A stretch of DNA of 63,981 nt, the filler included, from Bdellovibrionota bacterium (GTDB lineage: Bacteria > Bdellovibrionota > Bdellovibrionia > Bdellovibrionales > JAEYZS01): assembly GCA_963169515.1 (NCBI GenBank). It is 5 parts of 5 records of this genome, joined end to end, with 100 filler letters (N's around TTAATTAATTAA, not from the genome) between each part and the next. Parts side by side here need not be neighbours in the genome. Positions count along the whole stretch, not along the records: positions 1 to 12,277 come from CAUJEF010000083.1; 4 more parts are not named here. One strand, given 5' to 3'. Positions 1-9,600 of this stretch are shown here, one piece after another (positions within the stretch are counted from its first letter, which is position 1; each line of letters opens with the position of its first letter). The translations under genes and the position numbers were made by a program. The notes below the pieces were generated by a model, which made no database searches, was not told where the DNA came from, and saw only the letters and a list, made by a program, of their open reading frames with translations.

Positions 1-471
1 TGGCATCGGTATAAACCCAAGTAGAAATACTTTTTCACGGGGAAATACCAAAGAAAAAACCAAAATAACGCCCGCAATTGCTCCCGACGCGCCCAATGCA
101 GGCAGCTCAGGGGCTCCAAGAAAATAAGCCGACGCAAGAGCATGAGACAGCGACGCAACAATCGCTGCTGTTAAGTAAAACTTTAAAAATGATTTGGGCC
201 CGAGAACAGATTCGACCGCCGAACCGAAGCTCATCAGGATATACATATTCAAAAATATGTGGAAAAAAGCATTGTGTGAAAATTCCGATGTCAGCAAGGT
301 CCAAAATCTTCCGCTTTTAAGCGCGTCGTAACTGATTAAAAAATTTTCATTCATAATATGCTGCATATTTTCCGATGGAATATGCCAAAGAAAAAATATA
401 AGCGCGTTCAAAATGACTATGAGCGGAACTACAAAAGTACGATATCGGGCTCGGAAAAAGATTTGTCTCAT
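1..471 (-). CDS. Rhomboid-family intramembrane serine protease (3' end runs off the window; absent from the ORF track)
   Basis: Manual translation from ATG at 471: MRQIFFRARYRTFVVPLIVILNALIF...WTLLTSEFSHNAFFHIFLNM...LGASGAIAG. Contains the rhomboid HxxxN and catalytic GASG motifs. Confidence 0.9.
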   Translation of the reverse strand, partial: MRQIFFRARYRTFVVPLIVILNALIFFLWHIPSENMQHIMNENFLISYDALKSGRFWTLLTSEFSHNAFFHIFLNMYILMSFGSAVESVLGPKSFLKFYLTAAIVASLSHALASAYFLGAPELPALGASGAIAGVILVFSLVFPREKVFLLGFIPMP

Positions 472-536
472 ATTTGAAAATTAACCTATCAGGTTTTTTG
501 CTTACTGTGTATATTCTTCTCGATTTGGCGAAATTC

Positions 537-1748
537 TTAACCTTTTTGACTTTGATAATGCCAAAACTGGGGAAGAAAAAAAGCGGTAAATACGACAGCA
601 ACAAAGCAGATTAGGCCCCCCGAATATAAACTTGTGCTGACCGAATATTTTGCCGCGATCCAACCGGCCCGCGCATTGCCCAAAAGGGGACCTGTCATAT
701 AGGAAATCATTTCGATTCCAGACAACCGACCACGAAGCGAGTTGGGAACCGTTTCATTCCAAATCACTCCGCGGAACAAGCCACTCATCATGTCTGCTGC
801 ACCCGCAAGTGCCAGAAAAAAAACGGACATCCAAAGTGTGTGCGTGAATCCCAGGCCCAACATGAATATTCCCCACAACGAAGCGGAAATAACAACTCCG
901 CGACCATGATACAAAACCTTCGAAGACCAACCACTTAATAAAGTCATTGCAAGCGATCCAATCGCCATACTTGAAAACAAGATTCCTGCCGCTTTCGGCC
1001 CGCCCCAGTCCTGCGACATCGCCGGAAAGAGCGCCACAGGGAATGCGAACACCATGGCAACGATATCAATGACATAGGTTCCGATAAGCTCTGGCTTTGA
1101 TAATGCAAACCGAAATCCCTCTCTTGCCTCGGACCATGGTGATTTTTTTGATGCCTCTGGGGTGGGCACCGTATTCATCAATGTTAAGCAGGCCAATGCT
1201 GCAAAAAAAGTAACTGTGTCAAAAAGAAATGCGCCTGCAACCCCAAAGGCCGCTATTAAAATCCCACCCAACGCGGGCCCTGCAATTGCACAGAAAGAAT
1301 AACGGAAAGAGCTTAAGGCGCCGATCGCACTATAATCCTTTATATTCACCAAACTTTGTGTCAACGCCTCCATCGCCGGGCGATGAAATCCCAAAACGGC
1401 TTGTTGTAGCGCCACAACAGCAAAAATAAAAATAACCGAAGGTTTTTCCAAATACGCATTCACCGTCAGTCCAAATATGAATAGGCACATCATCAATTCG
1501 GATACCAATAAAAGTTTTCTCCGATTCAAACGATCAGCGTAAGTTCCCCCCAAAATCCCAAATATAAGCACAGGAACTAGCTGAACAACTCCCATTAAGC
1601 CGACCATAGCATTATCTTTTGTTAATTCGTAAATCTGGTAGGGAACGGCGACGTAACTCACCATACTTCCCATAAATGATATGGCCTGTCCGAAATAAAG
1701 AAGTCGGTAATCTCTATACTTTTTCAGGGGGGTGATATTGATAAACAC
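537..1748 (-). CDS. MFS transporter (EntS/DHA3-like)
   Basis: About 12 hydrophobic segments; motif A GTYADRLNRRK; C-terminal LRGR loop motif. Confidence 0.9.
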   Translation of the reverse strand: MFINITPLKKYRDYRLLYFGQAISFMGSMVSYVAVPYQIYELTKDNAMVGLMGVVQLVPVLIFGILGGTYADRLNRRKLLLVSELMMCLFIFGLTVNAYLEKPSVIFIFAVVALQQAVLGFHRPAMEALTQSLVNIKDYSAIGALSSFRYSFCAIAGPALGGILIAAFGVAGAFLFDTVTFFAALACLTLMNTVPTPEASKKSPWSEAREGFRFALSKPELIGTYVIDIVAMVFAFPVALFPAMSQDWGGPKAAGILFSSMAIGSLAMTLLSGWSSKVLYHGRGVVISASLWGIFMLGLGFTHTLWMSVFFLALAGAADMMSGLFRGVIWNETVPNSLRGRLSGIEMISYMTGPLLGNARAGWIAAKYSVSTSLYSGGLICFVAVVFTAFFLPQFWHYQSQKG

Positions 1749-1924
1749 GCCCGTATATCCATACCGAATTCTTAGAGTTTTGCCAATGTTTAGCTTTCAT
1801 AAATATCTTTCTGGCGTTTGTATTGTTTCAGTGTTAGGTTGGGGCAAGTTTAATTAGCTAGTTTCGGTGTTCTGTGCATTTGGCCCTGATCTTCTGAGGC
1901 GGCTCCCAGCCTTTGGAGGTTTAA

Positions 1925-2242
1925 ATGGGTAAAAAACTTTATATTGGTAATCTTCCCTTTTCGGCTACAGAACAAGTCTTGGCTGAAACATTCGCACAAT
2001 GCGGAACAGTTGAATCCGCAAAAATCATCACAGACAGAGATTCTGGACGCAGCAAAGGCTTCGGATTTGTTGAAATGTCTAGTGACACAGAAGCTCAAAC
2101 TGCTATCGAAAAATTCAACGGAGCCGATTTTTCAGGCCGTCCGCTAACAGTTAACGAGGCAAAACCTATGGCACCAAAAGAAAATCGTGGTGGCGGATAT
2201 GGCGGCGGCGGTTTCGGTGGAAACCGTGGTAATCGCTGGTAA
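1925..2242 (+). CDS. RRM RNA-binding protein with Gly-rich tail
   Basis: RNP2 LYIGNL, RNP1 KGFGFVEM, GGGYGGGG tail; GGAGG RBS upstream. Confidence 0.95.
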   Translation: MGKKLYIGNLPFSATEQVLAETFAQCGTVESAKIITDRDSGRSKGFGFVEMSSDTEAQTAIEKFNGADFSGRPLTVNEAKPMAPKENRGGGYGGGGFGGNRGNRW

Positions 2243-2283
2243 GTTTTTTAATCACGAACGCCGTCGACATTGATGGCAGCTGA

Positions 2284-2309
2284 GATCCTCGGTACTAATA
2301 CCGAGGATC
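2284..2309 (+). terminator. Hairpin after the RRM gene, probable terminator
   Basis: Perfect 11-bp inverted repeat GATCCTCGGTA-ctaa-TACCGAGGATC; only a short T run follows. Confidence 0.55.
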
Positions 2310-2341
2310 CTCTCATTTTGGTATCCCAGACTGGGACAAGA

Positions 2342-2369
2342 TCAGGAAAAAAGTCATTTCGGCCGATAT
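2342..2369 (+). promoter_or_regulatory. Putative sigma28 (FliA) promoter of the HD-GYP gene
   Basis: TCAGG-N15-GCCGATAT, ending 8 nt before the ATG at 2378; no clear SD. Confidence 0.6.
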
Positions 2370-2377
2370 GTTAAAGA

Positions 2378-3733
2378 ATGAAATGCTTAATTATTGAGTC
2401 TCAAAATCATCGAGCTTCAATTGTTCAAATGACTCTTGAAAGTCAATTCCATTTTCAATGTGAACTTGCAAAAAATTTCGAAGATGCGATGAAAAATCTT
2501 CTCGCCGACGAAACTGTTGATCTGCTTATTTGTGAAGATTCAGAGTCCATAACAAATCTGTTTAAATACCTTGTGTCCGTTCATTCAACCACACCAATTA
2601 TCTTAATAAAGAACAAAGACACCGTTACTATCGACGCCTTTCCTGATTTGAAGTATGTCGCCGTCGTCGACCCCACAGACCTTGCAAAAAGCTTAACAGA
2701 AGCCGTTACCATTGGCATAAAGAAAGGAATTATTTCGCCCGGCATTCAAGACCTCGATTACTGCAAGGTGAATACGGAACTTCTTTTAAAGGTTGTCCCT
2801 CTCGAAGCCGACGTTTACATCCGTCTTTCTGATCATAAGTTCGTAAAAATGTTTAAAAAAGGTGCCGAATTCACCGAAGAAGATGCTCAAAGCTATCTAG
2901 AAAAAAAGAAAATCAAGTATCTTTATATTCACAAAAGCCAAAGCGAATCGTTTATAAAAAAACTTGGGGCGGCGCTAGAAAAGGCAATCACCGGTATTGA
3001 TAAAGGGGTCACTTTGATTCCCTCGTATCCGGACAGTCTGCACCAAGCAATACATTCTTTATGCAACCAAATGGGCTTTACAGAACCTGTGCAGCAACTT
3101 GTAAAAAAAGGCGTGGATTTGGGTCTACAATCACTTACTGAAATGCCCACTCTTGGAAAAATGCTCACCGAACTTTCAAAAAAAAACAAAGATTACATTT
3201 CAGCACACAGTATGGCCGTGGCCCACGTTGCTTGTTCACTCGCTACGTCAATGAAATGGCCCTCTGACATTACCTTCCGAAAACTAACATACGCCGCTTT
3301 TTTACATGATATTGCCCTGCCCAATGATCGTTTGGCAAAATTGGGAAATCGCCCCGATTGGAGAAAGGAACTTTCAAGCCTGTCAGAGGAAGAACGAAAG
3401 CTTATTATAAATCATCCAACAAATATTTCTACTCTTGTTATTCGCTTCAAGGAACTTCCACCCGACGTTGATATCATTATCAAACAGCATCACGAAAGAC
3501 CGAGTGGAAAGGGTTATCCTGCCGGTCTATTTGGTGACAAAATCGCTCCGTTATCGGCAGTCTTCAACCTAGCTCATGACCTGGTAGATTACTCTTTGGA
3601 CGGGGGCGACCTTACAAGTCTCCAAGATTTCTTGATTAAATATGAATACACGAAAATGGCAACAACGGGAACTTACGTCGAACTTTTAAGGGCGATCGAC
3701 AAAGAGGTTTTTGAGCGTAAAAAGAGCTCCTAG
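2378..3733 (+). CDS. HD-GYP domain protein with degenerate N-terminal receiver-like domain
   Basis: HSMAVA, AAFLHDI and HHERPSGKGYP motifs; N-terminus resembles REC (LIIE...DLLICE). Confidence 0.8.
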   Translation: MKCLIIESQNHRASIVQMTLESQFHFQCELAKNFEDAMKNLLADETVDLLICEDSESITNLFKYLVSVHSTTPIILIKNKDTVTIDAFPDLKYVAVVDPTDLAKSLTEAVTIGIKKGIISPGIQDLDYCKVNTELLLKVVPLEADVYIRLSDHKFVKMFKKGAEFTEEDAQSYLEKKKIKYLYIHKSQSESFIKKLGAALEKAITGIDKGVTLIPSYPDSLHQAIHSLCNQMGFTEPVQQLVKKGVDLGLQSLTEMPTLGKMLTELSKKNKDYISAHSMAVAHVACSLATSMKWPSDITFRKLTYAAFLHDIALPNDRLAKLGNRPDWRKELSSLSEEERKLIINHPTNISTLVIRFKELPPDVDIIIKQHHERPSGKGYPAGLFGDKIAPLSAVFNLAHDLVDYSLDGGDLTSLQDFLIKYEYTKMATTGTYVELLRAIDKEVFERKKSS

Positions 3734-4092
3734 TCTTGCATCTCCGCCTGCGAACGCACGGGACTCGGCAACATCAGCGGTCTTCGGAATAGAATAATAT
3801 GAAGCTGACTGTTTGTATCTTTGATCGTAATTGATTTTATATTCGGCCCATCTTCATCAATAACGATAGATCGAGGCCTTGAAATCATATGTTCATCATT
3901 TAACGTGTTAACGTGAATCAACTCTTTAGATTTATCATAAGACAGTCCTGTAAACTGGATCCAAGTTTCCTCGATTTGATCACCAACGTCCAAAGAGGCC
4001 ACCTCGATTTCAATTAAATTTCCTTGGGAATATTTTCCAACCGTCTCGCAAAACCCTTTCCACAATTCTTTTGGTATAATACTGAAAGCCAT
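3730..4092 (-). CDS. DUF5335-like protein
   Basis: IEIEVASLDVGDQIE...GLSYD...HMISRP pattern; 120 aa. Confidence 0.6.
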   Translation of the reverse strand: MAFSIIPKELWKGFCETVGKYSQGNLIEIEVASLDVGDQIEETWIQFTGLSYDKSKELIHVNTLNDEHMISRPRSIVIDEDGPNIKSITIKDTNSQLHIILFRRPLMLPSPVRSQAEMQD

Positions 4093-4153
4093 TAGCGTTC
4101 CCTTGTTGATTATGACCTTAACCTAAAAAGAAATCTTGCAACAAGCACGCCAT

Positions 4154-4876
4154 TCATCCTGGGGCAATTCGACCCGAACAGTTTCGCTTCATTCGCGCTT
4201 CCAAATCGCTGATTACGCCGCTTTTGAAATTGGTCGTACTGCTGAGAATCGTATTTTTGTAGTCCGCAATATCCAATTGCTCAAAACTTACTTTGATAGT
4301 TTGAAAGATTTTTGGAACGACTTGGCCCGGAGCCTGAACATGATGTAGGCCCCCGCTGAACGCAATCAACATTTTTCCAGAATTTATTTTTTCTAAAATG
4401 TCGGCAACGCCACCCTTTACGCTCATGGGTTTACCATGCTTATCCAAACCATCGAGTCGCTTCATGCGTCCCTCTGGAAAAATAAGAAGAAGTGCGTTCC
4501 CCTCGACCTTTGACATCAACTGGGTCCAGCTATCATCCCGCTTTCGAGTAATTCCAATTGCATTTGGAACCAACAGTTTAAAAAATGTGCCCACAAATGG
4601 CCGTGCGAGCGTGACATCTGCCACGGGGACGACAACTCTTTCAATCGCTTTCCACAGCCGATAGTTTGGAATAGCTGAAATGAATAATGGTTCATATAAA
4701 CTCGTATGATTCAGTGCCACCACAATCTTCAAATTTTCCCAATCAATTTCATCTTTTGGGGTAAGCCAAATAGCTTCGGTTTTATAGAAAATTTTACTTA
4801 TGAATTTGATTGTGAAAACAATCGTAGCTGTAATAAGTTTACTAACGAAATGCATCTCGTGATCCCCTCTAAACAA
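4154..4876 (-). CDS. Lysophospholipid acyltransferase (PlsC-like)
   Basis: NHTSLYE (HX4D/E) and FPEGR motifs. Confidence 0.85.
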   Translation of the reverse strand: MFRGDHEMHFVSKLITATIVFTIKFISKIFYKTEAIWLTPKDEIDWENLKIVVALNHTSLYEPLFISAIPNYRLWKAIERVVVPVADVTLARPFVGTFFKLLVPNAIGITRKRDDSWTQLMSKVEGNALLLIFPEGRMKRLDGLDKHGKPMSVKGGVADILEKINSGKMLIAFSGGLHHVQAPGQVVPKIFQTIKVSFEQLDIADYKNTILSSTTNFKSGVISDLEARMKRNCSGRIAPG

Positions 4877-4966
4877 ATACTATCCCGGCCCATATCATGC
4901 AAAGCAAAGATTAACGCTCTTGCGTCAGAGCCAATTTCGCTCTAGTATGACCGACTGGAGGCGCCC

Positions 4967-6373
4967 ATGGAAAAAGATTTACAATCGTCTGTTGACAGGT
5001 ACTGGGAAAACGAAATTATTCCAGCTCTGCAAACCTACATCGAAATCCCTGCAAAATCGCCATCGTTTGATCCCCAGTGGAAAGAAAATGGACACATTGA
5101 TAAAGCACTTAAGCTTGTTGAGCAATGGATCGATCAAAAAAAAATTCCCAATCTTAAAAAAGAAGTTTTGGAAAAGCCTGGTCGTACGCCACTGTTACTT
5201 TTAGATCTGCCTGGAAGCTATGACTACCAAGTTCTGATGTATGGCCATCTTGACAAGCAGCCGGAGATGACCGGATGGGCAGACGGTCTCGCCCCCTGGA
5301 AGGCAGTACGCAAAGATGACAAATTATTTGGTCGCGGTGGCGCCGACGATGGATACGCTGTGTTTGCTAGTGTTTGTGCAATCGAACATTTGCTAAAGTC
5401 AGATTCTCCCCGTCCACACATCAAAGTCGCAATCGAGTTCAGCGAAGAAAGCGGCTCAACCGATTTACCGTTTTATTTCGAAAATTTTTCTGGGAAATTT
5501 GGAACCCCAAACTTGATTGTTTGCCTGGATTCAGGGGCCGGAAACTATGAACAGTTTTGGACAACCACCTCTTTACGCGGTCTCATCAGCGGAACTTTAA
5601 AAGTACAAGTACTAAAAGAAGGCGTCCATTCCGGGGATGCAAGTGGCGTTGTGCCTTCTTCATTCAGAGTTGCCAGAATGATTTTGAACCGAATTGAAAA
5701 TTTGGAGACCGGAGAAATATTCCCTCGTATTTTCCAGGCTCCAATTCCAAAGCAACGGATCGAGCAAGTTGAAAAGACTTCCAAGGTTCTAAATGAAAGT
5801 ATGTTCAAAAAGTTTCCGTTTACTGAAAAAATGCAGCCTGCAAACACAAGCGTAAAAGAATTGATGCTGAATCGGACTTGGCGTGCAGCCCTATCTGTCA
5901 CTGGGGCTGATGGCCTACCAGAACCGCACAAAGCCGGAAACGTATTACGCCCGTACACGACCTTAAAGCTTTCGCTTCGCCTTCCGCCGACTGTAGACGC
6001 AAGCGATGCGGCCGCAGCACTTAAAAAACTGCTAGAGACAGATCCCCCTTATGGCGCAGAGGTCGAATTTCACGTTGAAGATGCCGCCAATGGATGGGAC
6101 TCCCCCCCGATGAACGAAGGTCTAGCAAGCCTTATCAATGAAGCGTCATTGGAATTCTACAAAAAAGAAGCCCTTGCGTTAGGCGAGGGTGGGTCTATCC
6201 CATTTATGGGCATGCTCGGCGAAAAATTTCCAAAGGCACAATTTGTAATCACTGGTGTTTTGGGACCTAGCTCGAATGCCCATGGGCCAAATGAATTTAT
6301 ACACTTAGGGTACGCAAAAAAGCTAACCGCTTGTATCACTATGATTTTAGCAAATGTAAAAAGACTGACTTAA
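4967..6373 (+). CDS. M20 family metallopeptidase (dipeptidase-like)
   Basis: YGHLDKQP, GRGGADDG, EESGS, AHGPNE metal/catalytic motifs. Confidence 0.92.
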   Translation: MEKDLQSSVDRYWENEIIPALQTYIEIPAKSPSFDPQWKENGHIDKALKLVEQWIDQKKIPNLKKEVLEKPGRTPLLLLDLPGSYDYQVLMYGHLDKQPEMTGWADGLAPWKAVRKDDKLFGRGGADDGYAVFASVCAIEHLLKSDSPRPHIKVAIEFSEESGSTDLPFYFENFSGKFGTPNLIVCLDSGAGNYEQFWTTTSLRGLISGTLKVQVLKEGVHSGDASGVVPSSFRVARMILNRIENLETGEIFPRIFQAPIPKQRIEQVEKTSKVLNESMFKKFPFTEKMQPANTSVKELMLNRTWRAALSVTGADGLPEPHKAGNVLRPYTTLKLSLRLPPTVDASDAAAALKKLLETDPPYGAEVEFHVEDAANGWDSPPMNEGLASLINEASLEFYKKEALALGEGGSIPFMGMLGEKFPKAQFVITGVLGPSSNAHGPNEFIHLGYAKKLTACITMILANVKRLT

Positions 6374-6443
6374 TTTAATTTGCTCTTAGTCGATATTCCA
6401 ATACAATGGAAATTGTCCAACAAACATTATCATCGGAGATAAT

Positions 6444-6995
6444 ATGAAGAAACACGTCTGTGCGTTTTTAACCATCACCTTTTTAGCTCTTGGAATGTCT
6501 CATGCCATAGATTTTAAGGGCGTAAAATTTGATGACTCTGTCAAAGTTGGAGCATCAACTCTTAAACTAAACGGAATTGGAATTCGAAAATTCCTTGTCC
6601 TTCACGTTTATTACGCAGCACTTTACACAGCAGAACCTACTTCAGACGCGCAAGCCATTATTAATTCAAAAACCCCGAAGCAATTAATTATGCATTTCAA
6701 ACGCTGGGTCGAAAAAAGCAAGATTCTAGATGCCTGGGAAGAAGGCCTTTCTAAAAATCGAGAAGAAGGTTATGACTTTCAACCGGACTTTAAAAAGTTA
6801 AAAGACATCATGGGTCACATGAACGAAAATGATCGTATGATTCTGACTTTCTATGCGGACTCTGTAGAAGTAAAAGCAAAAGACAAAGACTTAAAGATCG
6901 AAAGTGGCAATTTTTCAAAAGCTCTCCTTAAGGTATTCATTAACAACGCTCCAGATCCAGACCTTAAAAAAGGACTTTTAACATTGCCAAAGTAA
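6444..6995 (+). CDS. Chalcone isomerase-like exported protein
   Basis: Signal peptide; LKLNGIGIRK...VYYAALY; C-terminal LKKGLL. Confidence 0.85.
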   Translation: MKKHVCAFLTITFLALGMSHAIDFKGVKFDDSVKVGASTLKLNGIGIRKFLVLHVYYAALYTAEPTSDAQAIINSKTPKQLIMHFKRWVEKSKILDAWEEGLSKNREEGYDFQPDFKKLKDIMGHMNENDRMILTFYADSVEVKAKDKDLKIESGNFSKALLKVFINNAPDPDLKKGLLTLPK

Positions 6996-7004
6996 GGTTC
7001 GGTT

Positions 7005-7451
7005 ATGTCCGTTAAACGCGAAGATCGATTCAAACACGAAATCATCGAAGAATTCGAAGATGGTGATTGTATCTTCGACGAAGGCGACACGGGACGCGAT
7101 CTTTATATAGTCCAATCAGGATCCGTAAAAATATTAAAAAACACCAGTGGTAACGTGATGGAAATTGCTGAATTCAACAAGGGCGATTTCTTTGGGGATA
7201 TTGCACTTTTGCAAAGCATTCCGCGCTACGCAGGGGCTTATGCTCTGGGGCGGACCCGGTTATTGATTTTAAAACCAGCTGGGTTTTTATTAAAAATTCG
7301 TCGCGATCCAACATTTGCGTTCGAGATGCTTCAACAGATGAGCTTGCGTGTTAAAGTTTCCAATGATCGCCTGCTTGAATTGGTTCAAAAATTTAATTTG
7401 CCTAAAGACGAAGTTCAAAAATTAATTTTAGCAATGATGGGGAAGCCTTGA
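7005..7451 (+). CDS. Stand-alone cyclic-nucleotide-binding domain protein
   Basis: IFDEGDTG..LYIVQSGSV, GDFFGDIALL..PRYA phosphate-binding cassette; no HTH. Confidence 0.88.
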   Translation: MSVKREDRFKHEIIEEFEDGDCIFDEGDTGRDLYIVQSGSVKILKNTSGNVMEIAEFNKGDFFGDIALLQSIPRYAGAYALGRTRLLILKPAGFLLKIRRDPTFAFEMLQQMSLRVKVSNDRLLELVQKFNLPKDEVQKLILAMMGKP

Positions 7452-8188
7452 TCACTTCCATCCGCACGAACCATCTTGTTGTGATTTCTGATTTGCATTT
7501 GGGTAACCCCTTTTCTCAAGCGAAAAAACAAGCGATACCTTTTTTGCGTTGGGCCGCGCTTCAAGGATTTGATATTTGTATCAACGGTGACGGCTTAGAA
7601 ATTGCCCAAGCCAGTTTCACCAAAATCGCCTTCGATGCCCCAGAGCTCTTTCGGGCTCTCAGTGATATTCGAAGACAGGGACGCGAAATTTATTACGTAA
7701 CTGGAAATCACGACATCGCTCTTGAACATTTTTTGGAAGATTGGGGAATGATGAAGGTGTCTCCGTTTTTAAATGTGGAATCAAATGGAACGCGTATTCG
7801 CATTGAACACGGACATATTTATGATCCATTTTTTGTAAAACATCCTGTTCTTTATGAAATTTCGACTCGAGTGGCGGGATTATTTCTTAAAATTCATCCG
7901 TCGCTATACCGCTTATGGATTGGCTTTGAGAGATTAAAATCACGTTTCCGCGCACGCAAAACTGGAATTTTGGGCGAGCACCCCAGCTTTCGAGAATCAG
8001 CACTCGAGCTCAGCCGACGGGGATTTGATGCTGTCATTTTTGGACACACTCACCACCCAGGAACAAATGACTTAGAAAATGGATCAAAATATTATAATCC
8101 CGGATCATGGATGTTAAAACCTCACTATGTAGTTATCGACAACGGGCAAGTCTCTATGAAGCAGTGGAAAGGTTTGAGAACCTCGTAG
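7448..8188 (+). CDS. Calcineurin-like metallophosphoesterase (LpxH-like)
   Basis: SDLHLG, NGD, GNHD, HGH, GHTH, NPGSW motifs. Confidence 0.85.
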   Translation: MITSIRTNHLVVISDLHLGNPFSQAKKQAIPFLRWAALQGFDICINGDGLEIAQASFTKIAFDAPELFRALSDIRRQGREIYYVTGNHDIALEHFLEDWGMMKVSPFLNVESNGTRIRIEHGHIYDPFFVKHPVLYEISTRVAGLFLKIHPSLYRLWIGFERLKSRFRARKTGILGEHPSFRESALELSRRGFDAVIFGHTHHPGTNDLENGSKYYNPGSWMLKPHYVVIDNGQVSMKQWKGLRTS

Positions 8189-8191
8189 GCC

Positions 8192-8941
8192 ATGAGAAAA
8201 GTTCTAGTTTTACAACACGTCGGCCACGAGCCCTTGGGAACATTAAATCCACTTCTCAAAGACCGTGGCCTTCGAATACGCTATGTAAATTTTGGTCGCA
8301 GCCCAGAAGCACAACCTTCGTTGATAGGTTACAATGGGCTTATCGTTTTGGGCGGGCCAATGGGAGTCTATGAAGCCGACAAATTTCCACACCTGAAACA
8401 CGAATTGAAAGTGATCGAAGATGCCCTAAAAAAAGATATTCCAATACTTGGAATTTGCTTGGGGTCACAGCTTATCGCTCATGCCCTAGGGGCCGCCGTC
8501 GCCAAAAGCAACGAAAAAGAACTCGGATGGTGCGACATCCAATTGACGTCAGAGGGAAAAAAAGACTTCCTGCTAAAAAACTTTTCCCCAAAAGAAAAAA
8601 TTTTCCAATTACATGGGGACGCCTTCACAATACCAAAAAAAGCGGCACACTTGGCGTCGAGCGAATCGTGTGCTGGGCAAGCGTTTCGATATGGCGACAA
8701 AGTTTACGGATTTCAATTTCATCTCGAAGTCGACAAAGCTATGATTCAGCGTTGGATGAAAGTTACCGACAACTTAAAAGACATCGACAGCACCCAGGGC
8801 AAAGTCACCGCAGAAAATATCTTAAAAGAAACAGATTTATACATTGAACGATCTTTGGATTTAAGCGCTAAAACCTTCAACGGATTTATTGATCTCTTCG
8901 ACTTCAAAGAACGCGTCGTACGCATCGGGTCCGGGCGCTAA
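8192..8941 (+). CDS. Class I glutamine amidotransferase (GMP-synthase-like / gamma-glutamyl hydrolase)
   Basis: GGPMG, GICLGSQ (catalytic Cys), QFHLE. Confidence 0.9.
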   Translation: MRKVLVLQHVGHEPLGTLNPLLKDRGLRIRYVNFGRSPEAQPSLIGYNGLIVLGGPMGVYEADKFPHLKHELKVIEDALKKDIPILGICLGSQLIAHALGAAVAKSNEKELGWCDIQLTSEGKKDFLLKNFSPKEKIFQLHGDAFTIPKKAAHLASSESCAGQAFRYGDKVYGFQFHLEVDKAMIQRWMKVTDNLKDIDSTQGKVTAENILKETDLYIERSLDLSAKTFNGFIDLFDFKERVVRIGSGR

Positions 8942-9492
8942 AGAATAATATCACTTTCATCAGACAATAAGTGCGATTTCTTATAAAGACCTACAACCTC
9001 ACTGTTCGCTAAAATATGCTTTTCCATAGCGCTTTCAATAATGGCCTTCGTCGCGTTCGCACCAACATTTAATGTCGCATCTAAAGCATATAGTTTGAAA
9101 AAGTATCTATGCTGTCCAATGGGTGGACAAGGCCCATCGTATTCAGTTCTTTTCCAATCATTCAGGCCAATCTGTGTGCCATAAGGTAGGTTTTTTATTC
9201 CTTCTTCAAGGAGCGTTACATTTTGTGGAATATTATAGAGGATCCAATGTACCCAAGTTTTTTTAGGGGCTTGTGGATCTGGGGCGTCCGGGTCATCAAC
9301 AATCAACACAAAACTTTTCGTCCCAACAGGAACATTTTCCCAAAATAATGGCGGCGAAACGTCTTCCCCTTCGCAAGTGTATTTAGAGGGGATTCCTGTA
9401 AATGCAGAAAAGGCCGGTGACGTCAAACGCAAGTCCTCATAAGATTTTACGGTATCATTTTGTAATCGTTCTCGCTCCACGCCTTCTTGCAT
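8938..9492 (-). CDS. YbhB/YbcL PEBP (Raf kinase inhibitor-like) protein
   Basis: DPDAP, WVHW, GPCPP..HRYFF motifs. Confidence 0.92.
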   Translation of the reverse strand: MQEGVERERLQNDTVKSYEDLRLTSPAFSAFTGIPSKYTCEGEDVSPPLFWENVPVGTKSFVLIVDDPDAPDPQAPKKTWVHWILYNIPQNVTLLEEGIKNLPYGTQIGLNDWKRTEYDGPCPPIGQHRYFFKLYALDATLNVGANATKAIIESAMEKHILANSEVVGLYKKSHLLSDESDIIL

Positions 9493-9600
9493 ATATGCAC
9501 CCTTCTCATCATTAATTATCGTTTAGCGAGCACACTTCGTGTTTTATTGTCGGGGATGAGAATAAATCGTTAATTCAGACAAATGACGCCTCAACAGAGG

